Of a stretch of 64,000 nucleotides of DNA, positions 14,701-26,500 are shown one piece after another. The stretch's first letter is position 1; every line of letters begins with the position of its first letter. A program made the translations under genes and the position numbers. The notes beneath the pieces are model-generated. The model saw only the letters and a program-made list of their open reading frames with translations. It was not told where the DNA came from and searched no databases. Source of the stretch: Octopus bimaculoides (Eukaryota); NCBI RefSeq assembly GCF_001194135.2, contig NC_068983.1, positions 123,954,709-124,018,708 of the forward strand, read 5' to 3'.

Positions 14701-14818
14701 TATATTTGTCCTCATCTTGTTTGTTGTTAACACGTTTTGTCTGATGTACCCTCCAGCCTTCATCAGGTGTCTTGGGGAAATTTCGAATCTGGGTTCTCAT
14801 TCCCAAGGTAGTTTTCGA

Positions 14819-14850
<32 letters not shown>

Positions 14851-15014
14851 TCACTGCCTACAATCGAACTCGGAATCTTGGTATTAGTAGCCCATGCTCA
14901 TAACCTCTACACCATATGCCCATGGGCATATGGCGTAGTGGTTAAGAGCGCGGGCTACTAACCCCAGGATTCCAAGTTTGATTCCAGGCAGTGACCTGAA
15001 TAATAATAATAATG

Positions 15015-15047
<33 letters not shown>

Positions 15048-18000
15048 TCAAAAGCTACCTTANNNNNNNNNNNNNNNNNNNNNNNNNNNNNNNNNNNNNN
15101 NNNNNNNNNNNNNNNNNNNNNNNNNNNNNNNNNNNNNNNNNNNNNNNNNNNNNNNNNNNNNNNNNNNNNNNNNNNNNNNNNNNNNNNNNNNNNNNNNNNN
15201 NNNNNNNNNNNNNNNNNNNNNNNNNNNNNNNNNNNNNNNNNNNNNNNNNNNNNNNNNNNNNNNNNNNNNNNNNNNNNNNNNNNNNNNNNNNNNNNNNNNN
15301 NNNNNNNNNNNNNNNNNNNNNNNNNNNNNNNNNNNNNNNNNNNNNNNNNNNNNNNNNNNNNNNNNNNNNNNNNNNNNNNNNNNNNNNNNNNNNNNNNNAG
15401 AGAGAGAAAGAGAGAGAGACCCGGGCCTATTTCCCTTTTTTTTTTTAGGGGAGGTTAGCAACAACAAGACATACTCCAAGCATTCCATTCATTTCCCACC
15501 TCAAAGAGGTGAGCCCTGTTCTATACTTGGGTTAAGACATAGAATGCACCACCACCCCACATCAGCAGTGGGGCCTGACAGCATATGCTAATTTACCCCC
15601 GCTGCATCATGCTGGCTCCATACCCCTTTGAGCAATTTCAAATTCACTCATCCATCCACAAACACTCTCCAAGCTTTCCTATCATTTATAAACTCTCTTG
15701 CCGAAAAGAGGTGTGCATGAGGGCATGATTGTGCCAACAATATTATATGGTGCAGAGATGTGGGAGGGCTGAGAGAGGCAGAAAGGAGGTGACTAGATGT
15801 ATTTGAGATTAGATGTTTGAGGGTTATGGTTGGTATGACACGGATGGACAGGATGAGGAATAAGGAGGTGCAAAGGTGAGCAGAAATGAGAGAAAAACTA
15901 ACAACCAAAATGGATAGACGAATGTGGCGGTGGCTTGGCCACATGGAAAGGATGGATGAGGAGTGGATGGTAAGGAGGATGATGAAAGCAAAAGTGGTAG
16001 GTAGCAGAACCAGAGGTAGACCTCAGTTTGTGTGGATGGATAGAGTAAGAAAAGCTTTGGTGGTTAGAGGTGTTGGAGTGATATACATACATATATATGT
16101 ATATGTGAGTATATGTGTGTGTGTGTAAAAGAGAGGTGTGTGTGTGTGTGTGTGCAATGGAAATGGGATGGTAATGTTCAACACTGAAAATGTGTGTGTA
16201 TATGTGTGTGTGTGTGTGCATGTACAAGAGAACTGTGTGAAACTTTACATACACACATAAAGAAAACATAAAAAATAATCCAGAATCCTTGTCTAGTACC
16301 GGATCGATCTCAAAATCTAATCAGTTCATGCCAGTCACAAGGCCAAACAACCCTGAAAGTTTTATCTGAATCCATTCAGCGGTTCTTGAGATATCTCGTC
16401 CATGGATGGACAAACTAACAAATAAACAAACACGATTGAAAACAATACCTCCGCCTTTGTTAAGGCAGAGGTAATGAATAAGCATTACATTTGACAGAGT
16501 TAGCTGATGCTAAAGAGTAAACAATAAGAGCATAAATAGATTCCCTCAAATGCTCAGAAAATTCACTGAACATTTTACATACTGAGATGTCTAATTAACA
16601 GTGGGAGTTTGTGCTCTGAAAGTATATCAGCAAGAATAAGAATGCAAAGTAAAAAGTTTAGGGACCTATTACCTCTGTTGGCAACATAGGGTTTTGCTTT
16701 AACAATGAATGGCAGATGGTGTGCTGTCTGTGTATGAACTGTGTGATGTTACAAGGTAGTAAAACACAGCCTTACAATGTAGAGGGTTTCTATAGACTAG
16801 ACAAAAATGAAGGAAGCAAGCTTTGCTGGATGTATAATGTATGTGTACATAAATGATAAAGCAAATGAATTGAGGTCTGAACTGAGCCTCATGAAGGATA
16901 TAACAAAAGAATACAATGAATGGTGGCACACAGTGCTAGAGAAGGCCTGCTTGTGCATGCAATCATATCATAAATGTTAACATGCTGGTTGAGTTGGCAG
17001 CTGCGGAGTATGTAACTAAATTTGGGATTATTGCTCAATATATCTCTATTTACCAAACTTACCTATTTGATAACCTCTCTAGTTCCATCAGTTACTCACT
17101 AGTCACCTCCACACTTATCCACTGTTCCATCACTATTTCTCCCATTTTATTATCACTCTTTTCACTCACCCACCCTGCTTCTTCTTTTCACTTTCTTGAT
17201 CATGCTACTTTGAATGAAGGGAGACACTGAACAATAGTAAGGTCTTCTTTTAGTCTTCCTGAACACAAGCCAACTTCATTATTGATGGTGGTGTGGTGAA
17301 ATGCACCCAGTACACTCTGTAAAGTGGTGAGCAAAGAAGAGATGACATAGGGTTAAGAAAACCCTTTAGCCTGTTCTAGAATATGACAGCCTCTCTCATA
17401 CGGTCCCATAATAAAATGCACCCAGTACATTTCTGTAAAGTTGGCAGAGAAAGGACATCTGACCATAGAAACATTTCCAAAAGTGGAACACTGTGAATGA
17501 GATATGATGCTCTTACTTATTTAAGAAAACATTTTTTTGTATTTGCATGCATACACATAGTTTACATGTGGATGCAACATAGTCAAATAGTGTTTTAAAA
17601 AATGATTCACATTTATAGTGCTAGATGCAACTGCATTGTGCATTATCTTAGGCAAATGTCTTTTATGATAGCCTCAAGTCATGTTAAGCCAGTTGAATGA
17701 AATTAGGTATACAGACACTGTGTGATAGTTTGCTGAACTTTACCAAAAAATCAAAATGCCAACATTGTCACACATTTTGTCAAGCTGAGGGTACACAGGT
17801 CAGTAGAATATCCAACCACTTACATGCTAACTGAATCAAACAACTGAATACTTATTAAAAACCAAAGAATTTTCATTGACAAATGCATGTGCATGCAAGC
17901 GTGCACACACACAATGTAATTATATGGACTGATGTGAATAGAAAGGGAATGATATGTGGAACAAGTGAAATTTTGCTTCAGTTTGCTGAGTGGGGAACTT

Positions 18001-20460
18001 TTTTTACAAAAAATTAAATATACTAGCACTTATAGTGTGATATACACTGCCACATAATGTGATTATTTCATTTAGTTGATAAAACTACATTAATACCAGG
18101 ACTGATTATTTAAATATAATGTAATCTGGGGGCAAAAAACAATTTTAGAATACCACATCTCACTTGAAAGTAGACCTGGTACCAACAAAGACACAGATGC
18201 ATGATGAAATTATCACAAATATACAGATATAGACACCAGTGAATATAGCAATAAAGAAACTACTCTATGCATTTCATTTTTTACCTTTAGGTAGCTTTGT
18301 AATCAAACAAATATAAGAACCTTGTGATGTATCCCACTTTAAAAATGTTGAAGGAGAATGTTAACAACATTGATCTCACTAGTGTTAGAGGGTCTGTGAG
18401 GGCATGGGCACAGCCCCTTCCCCAAGATCAAACCAATAAAAATATATATATATGCATATATATATATATATATATATATGCAAGTATACTAAATATATTA
18501 CAATGAGGAGGCACGAATTGTTATATACTCTATCATTTGATAGAAGTTCCTCTAGTGTTGACTACATGTGAAGGTCTATAGTAGCAAAAAAAAAAATGTA
18601 AGAAAAATATTCTTTTAACAAATAACTTGGGCAATTGGGTGGGCCAGTGTTTTTTTGCTTGCATCTTTTACTTCACATACTTCTTGTAAAATTATTTAAT
18701 ATTCTCATTGTACAGTTTAAAAAATTAATTAAACAATAATGTATGTACTAGCAAGGAATGTACACACAACACACAAACTTACTCTTTCAAATGGCAATTG
18801 TGATCTTCCCATAAGATTATTATTACTACTTCTTGGACTCCCCTGAAATTATATTTTAAAAAACAGAGCTATCAAATGATGATCTGATTTGTATAGTAAA
18901 AAAAATATACCCCTAGTTTTATTAGGAACCAATTAACATTTAATAAAACTAAATTATGTTGCAAATTCAATTCATTAAAATAATAAGTTATATTTTAAAC
19001 CCTTTATAGTAGACTTATGTAGCTGAAATTAAAATTATACAAAAAATTATCTCAGATTTTTCCTTTTTTAAGTTGTAAAAGTATTTTTGAAATGATTCTT
19101 ATTTACATTATGAACAGTGAAGAAATATGAAATGAAAGGTCTGTCAGGGTTTTCAAGTTATACATTAAAGTAAATAGTTATGTTTAAGACACAATGGATA
19201 TCCTCTAAAAGATTGTTCAGCTTTTCTTTCTCAGCTAAACTGTGACTGAAATTCTATTAGAACTTGGTGCCCATGTGGTTTCTATTAGAATCAATCTCAG
19301 AACTACAGGAGAAACAAGTACCATGAATGAAGCAAAGAAAAAACATATGGAGGTGAATCTCACTAAAGTCAATGATAAAAGTTGCTCCTACAACATTTCA
19401 GAAAATAGAAAACAGTTAAACATTTAGGGTCAGCTATGCAACATAGATTCCAATCACCCAATAAGGGTACAACCAAACAGAAATAAAAAATATATAGGTC
19501 TGCTTGTTCAATTGTCAAACAGAAGGTCCTTGTTCCATACTATCTGAAACATTATGAATACATATTTTAATGTAGCCAAGTAGGCACTTCTATCACAGTA
19601 CAACTGATTGACAATATGAATGTAACTTAATGGAGGAAACAATATATGTAATAAGTCAAGCTATATCTGAAGATGACTCCTGAAAGCAAAGTAAAAGTGC
19701 AGAGAACAGTGTTTAACTGACACTGCCCTTAAACTGATGTTACTTTGCCCATTAATGTATTTATTTGTATTTAAATAGCAACTGGAAACCTCAATAACAC
19801 GAAATTTCAGCAAATAAAAATGTGAAAACATCCACTATTATTGCTGTGTTACCCCTCTGTCTCATGTGCCAGAGAAAAATGATAATAGGCTACAAAGGTT
19901 GAATATTCTCCTGCAAATATATTCTTGAGAAATGGGGGGGGGGGGGAATGAGTGACTGTAGGAAAACTGATGGTGTAGTTAGCCATTGTTGCTGGGAATT
20001 GACATATGTTAAAAAGACAATGATGTAAAGTGTCATGGACTGGGGTATAATGCGAGACAGAATTTATCTTTTCTATGCCAAACCATATTTTTGACTCATA
20101 TTTTAATTTGGTCACACTTACAGAGATTTAAAAACTGTGGTAGCATACACAATATGCCACAATGATTGCATGAAAAAAATAGCTCTGATTGGGTATTAGA
20201 AAAATCTAAGTAAAAAACAAAAAGTTATAGGGTATATAAAAACTCAAAAAGCAAAATAATTTTCTTTCTTACCAGCTCAATTCAGCTGGAATCACTTAAC
20301 CATTCATTGATTTTGATTAAAACAGTTATAGAAATGATTTAGATAAATTAAACTGATAATAAGCTAATTCAGTTGTTAGACCAGGTAATAAATGGTGATG
20401 GTATTTGGTCTAATATATAGAAAATTCAGGCATGGTCAGTGTGCGTGCACTCTCTCATTC

Positions 20461-20504
<44 letters not shown>

Positions 20505-23500
20505 CATACATACACCAACTCTGAAAGATGCTAACAATTTGTAAACTATACTGCCATCAAAATCTCTGAGCAGATGCTGCAACTCAATTGGGGGCAAGCT
20601 ATTCCTCAAATACATTACCACTAGAAGAAAGTAAAGTTCCGTTATTATTACCCTACTAATTTGACAGAACTCCACAAGACAGAAAAGTAACTGATGGTCA
20701 AGTAACTGATGGTCACTTGAGTGTATGCCAATGTCAGAAAAAGAAAACATCCAGTGGGTTTTCTATTGAAAAACATCCCAATATGCATTTGCAAGATTGC
20801 ATTACGTTGTGATTCTTTTTACAGTCCATTGAATTTATCTGTTTTGTTTAAAATTTATTTGTTGTGCTCCAAATACTAATTTATTATACAAATAAAGGAA
20901 AGTATTAGAGTTGTCATATGAAAGTTATCTAAATTCTTGTTTTTACAATTAATTGAAACTTGGGGAGAGGGTCTATTCAGGTTACAAATGGTTTAATGAC
21001 ATATGGATAAAGGATTAATGATATACAGAGAATATGGACCAGAAAGGTATGGAAGGAAATGCATAGAGCTAAAAAAAACTAATGAAAGAGAATGAACATT
21101 TATCCAGCATGTACTGCAAGAAACAAATGTAAAATGTAATGGTGATGGTGTATGGCTGCCAACAAAACAGGTTTATAATTATTTACATGGCAAAGATTCT
21201 AATTCTTTAATCAAATGTATAAATACAAAATAGAGTAGAGTGAAAGATATATATTAAAGCTGAAGCTGAAATTGAATGAAAGATCTGAAATATCATGAAG
21301 CCACACCAGCACTTCAGATTAAAGATCCTGATTAACTAAACTACACCCAGTCTTTTAGTGTAGAAGTAGAGAGGTATTGCACGTCTCTTTCATGATAATA
21401 AAAAGAGGATTTATAATACACCAATGTTATATAACAATAAATATATTCAAATAAATTAAATTTACATTTATTTACTAGGTATTAGATATAATCACCATTA
21501 TTTACTTAGTTTTTGCACTAAACATTTAGAACAATTATTTACTAAGCCCTATTTCATTAATAAACTAATCCCTCTGTAATACAGTCTCTACATTTTTTTC
21601 CCTCCCAAGTTAAATGCACAAGCAAAAATATATCTTTGAATATCAAATTGATACATAATTACACTTAGAAGAAGTCTTTTCATTCTACTAACATCTTTAA
21701 ATATTTCAATAAAATTTGTTGCTCAAACATACAAATTTGTACTTATTATGAACTGCTCCCTAGAACAAGCTAATATAAATTTTAAAAGTTCATCACTCTC
21801 ACATTTTATTGAAGCAATTACCTGTTGCCAATAGTTAATGGCATTTCTTGAACTGCAATACTTTTAAGAAATGTTACTTCAAAGGTCCTGTTCTAAGATT
21901 AAAAGGTTTCAATAGAACAAAAACAACCATTTATTTATTAAGAGTGGTTAATTGAGCACACTGTTAAAAGGAAGCGGTTATAAATCATTAGCAACAATTA
22001 CAATATAGCACAACAATATAAAATGAGCAAGCAAAGAAATAACAAATAACACCATAAATACAAAACTTACCCCCGAAGGAAATTTAAAGATAGGCCAGAA
22101 TCCATGCTCAGGATGCCTACGTCGTCTATTAGCATACAGGTGATGTAGCTAGAGAGTAAAAACAGCAACACAACTGGAGTTGAAAGCACCAACGTGTTAG
22201 CACAATACTACAAAGCATCACTTTAGACCATTCATCAAATAGAGCTGCAAACTTCATATAAAAAGTTAGAGGATATGATTTTCATCTTTTAGAATTAAAT
22301 ACATTTTTTTTGGTTTAATTTATATTTTCATCAACTGACAGCAAATGACAATGCTTAATGCATTTTTCTTAACTAAGATCTTATAGCAAATAAGATAATG
22401 ACAATAAAAAGTATAGCTTAATGTATGAATTCTTCAAACTCTACCTCATATAAAGTATTTATTATTATTTGCAGCTATATTTGGAGAAGAACAAGCACAA
22501 AATATTCATTGAATAAGTAAATGAATAATTAAAAATAAGCAATTAGTGTTGATCTAGCTCAACTGAATTAGTATCAATTACTTTATATTAATTTTATAAA
22601 ACTGAAACAAGAAAGATTCATAAATATTGGAATGAAACTTCACTAGTCATTATTTTGAATTTCTAATTTCCCATCTTCAAATGAAAGATTATAAAAATAA
22701 AAAAAAAAGGAATGCAAAGTTCTTGAAAAGACATACAGTGGTCAATGTGTGAATATCTTGACAAGTTTTGATTGGATACAATTGAAATAGAAGCTTATTA
22801 GTTGACCATATGAATATATTTAACAAAATCAGGGATGGCATAAATATGTAAGGAATATATATATAAATTTCTGAATATAGAGAAAAAAAGTGTAACTTCA
22901 AAAAAGAAAGGGAGGGTGATAAAAGAAATTAAGAATGAATTTAGAAAATTTAGCATGTGTCAAGGAAAATAAGACAACTAAACTATGCAAGGGGAATGGA
23001 ATGAAAATATAATTATAAAAGAAAACTTGTAATATAGCCAGATTTCATTCGGGTCTACTCGGGTCACATTTTAAAGATGAGGAATTTTGCCCTAGAGGCC
23101 ACGCCTTTCAATTGAGCAAACTCAAAGTTGCCATGCAAACTCCCAAGCACTGTTAACATAGGTGTGCAAATTTTCGGGTCAATCCGACCACATTTACTAA
23201 CACTTTTGTCTGCACAACAGATTGTGAGACAATGTCCACTCTTTTCACAAATATACAGTAGATACTTAAAATCTTCAGATTATGGAGAGAAGGCAGTGTC
23301 AAAAGATGACAACGAAAAAGTAAATTGTTTAGAGAGAAATCAAACTGTTTAAAACCATTTAGCAGACAATAATTGAATTTATCTGAAAAGCCACTACTGC
23401 AGAAAGCCTCACTGAGGTGTTAATGAACATGTCACATTATCTCAAAGTATGAGAATGGACCATGAACTATCCCAAGGTATAATCTTTAGGTTAAACCCGA

Positions 23501-26500
23501 GAAAAAATATCACCAGAGAATTCCTAAATTGAATTTCTCGTCTCTTTCCATCAGACAAATCATAGATATCATAAGATCTCTAGCAGAAGCTCAGTAACAA
23601 TTGGTTATTGTTGCTGTAAAAAATTTTGCTAGCTGAATTAACTACTTCAATTCAAAATGGCTTCACAACTGCAACAATTGTCTTTTTTCATACCTGTAAT
23701 TACATTTCTCCAAATAACTGTCTTCTCAATAGTAATTTGCCTTTCAAAAGTACTAAGTTATTCTTTAAGGTGCAGTTAAACTACAGCACAGTTTAAATTT
23801 CCAATCAGATTAACACAAGTTTGTCAAATATATTAGATTTTTGAAAGAATCTAGTCCAACTTTGCTTAAAATTTAATTAAGAATTTTAGAGCAAGATGAT
23901 GTAGTATTATATACTCATGAATCCTTCAGTTCAAACTTCCATTGTAAATTCAATTTGTGAGAAGTTTAAAATTTGCATGTATTGAAAGATCTTGAGGCTT
24001 TCTAATTATTTACCCCAAACAGTGAAGGTTTCTGTGAACAATTGCATCTTTGGATGCCATCTTATGTTATCATCCTTGCTGCTTTACACTGAAGATTTTA
24101 AATATTTCATTCTCATGTCCTTGTTGTTGCATGTTATTTCTCTTGCACACATGTATTTTTCTATTCATTTCTTTTTAAAAGTTTAAAATTTTTTCCTTTC
24201 CTTTAAGCTTGATAATTTCTATTTCGTTTCTTTTACCTTTTTGCTATATTCATTTTTTACTTTTACATTCAGAAATTTACATGATTTTATATTCATGGGG
24301 TTGTTGTTTTTTTTTTTTGTTTTGACATTTTTTTGTGCATGTTTGTATTATTTTCAGTATACATATTTGCAGTTCCCTCCCCATCTCTCTATTTTCTACA
24401 CAACAGTTATATGGTGAACATACTTTTAATTCAATGTTATTTGATCTAAACATGCATAGATATTCAAAATATCTCCACTGTATGTCTGTGAGATGCCTCT
24501 CTCACACTCCATTTCTCATAATCCACTGAAGATCAGAAATGCAAAACTCTGAGTAATATTCTGTAAAGTTTCAGCTTCCAATAAAATATAATGTATAACT
24601 CCTTCCAGTACTTAGTAGCTGTTTACTCCTTCTTGTTCATATATATTTATATATATATNNNNNNNNNNNNNNNNNNNNNNNNNNNNNNNNNNNNNNNNNN
24701 NNNNNNNNNNNNNNNNNNNNNNNNNNNNNNNNNNNNNNNNNNNNNNNNTAGATGAAAAAATTTTTTTCTAAATTTTTTGAAATTATTAGAAATCATTTCA
24801 ATGTGTATTATTATATATTGCTCCAAGCAGAATCTACAACCAACTGAACAAGCTTTAATTCATCAATTAATTTTTTAAATTTAATAAACCAGATAGCTTC
24901 ATTTTGGTTACTCAACATTAGTACATATCATTTCAGCTATGAAAAAGTCTCACAAAGATTCAGCACCAGATCAGACCTTATTGTTTTATGGATATATGAC
25001 CAGAGCCTGCTCAGTCATGAGTAACAAATCTGCTTCTCTCTCTCTCTGTAACTCACCAGAACACATCAAATCAATACTAGACATTCATAAGATTTATCTT
25101 ATTCTTCTTATAATTTTCATTGTGTGTACTATATTTCCTCATCATACATTTTCTTCACAACATATTCCTACTTCCATGCACATCCAAAATACTAAAACAC
25201 TGACCTACTAGTTTTCAGAATTCTTCCTCAATAAGACCTTCTATGTCCACAGTTCACCAAACAATCTGAGAATCTATTCAACTTCTGCCTATACAACTCT
25301 CCCCATACAATGTCAAAGTAACCTATGTAAGCACCACAACCACATGCAACATAAGTCCATCACACCATTCCTTCAAAACCCTAACGTTTGGGAAAACTAT
25401 AGGCTACACACCTTTTAAAGGGCCCTTGTGCAAGAAATGGCTGTACAAAAATACACAGCTAACATACCTATAAATTATCTACTCAGTGAAACTAAAGATA
25501 TAAATACAAAAATTTCACAAATATACAAGTGATATAATTACTTAATATAATAGGCTTTCAGACAAAAAAAATCAGGTATGTGTCCAACCATTTCGCATTC
25601 CTAGACTTACTGAAGTATTGGAACAAAATTACAACACCTTTCTGAAATTACTTTCTCTCCCATATAATTCCGACAAATCAAAAAGAAAAGAAAAAATCAA
25701 ACTCATTTAGATATTTAAAGCTACAATGCAACACCCAAGATCAATGTGCCTACTTCTGCTGCGATCATTAAATTTTCAGATATTATAAAAGCAAACTATA
25801 TTAAAAAAAACAGTTGGCACTCAAAAGATGTATAAAATAGACAGAGCAGTATGGTTGTCAAGTCTACTGAACTATGATATTTCAAATACTCTCATACATC
25901 ATTGTCACCATCGTCATTATTATTACTAGTAATGCACTTTATATACTTTATGCACAATTTTATAGACTTAATACACAGCAATCATAAAATAAATATTCAT
26001 TCTTATTTTTACATTTTTCCCATAAACAAAAAAACAAATATCCCATACACATGATACAACCTTTAGCTGAATTGCATATATCTGCCATGTAAATAAGCAT
26101 GAATATTTCACAGAATTACACTTATGTACATGTGTTAAGTGATAGGTGATATAAAAAACTTAGTTCAATTACAAAAAACACACTTTTCAGTATCCAATCA
26201 CCACCACCTCTCTCCCTTCCCTTCCCTCCCCCCCTCTCTCTCTCTCTCTCTAACCTCACCATCAGAACATCACTCTTCTGCTAAAATTATATTTTTAACT
26301 CTCCTCCTCTATATCACTACCTTCAACTAACATTTTTAATCAGGTAATAAATATTACATTCCCCCTACCTCATGTCATGGACATTTCTCTCTCCCTCTTT
26401 TTCTCTAATCATATGAAAGCATTACCAACGGGCTAAGTAACAGGATGACAAGCAGAATTATTATATGATTATTAAGGTGCCAAAGAGGCAAGCTGGCAAA

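Noticed and set aside
14923-14998. Functional tRNA gene
   Set aside because: No complete acceptor stem or T arm; it is the head of a repeat element.
14978-15488. ORFs spanning N runs (also 45407-45872 and 56795-57476)
   Set aside because: Artefacts of assembly gaps.
16673-16738. 66-nt in-frame minus-strand exon candidate
   Set aside because: Weak pyrimidine tract and no other support; expected by chance in a 28-kb intron.
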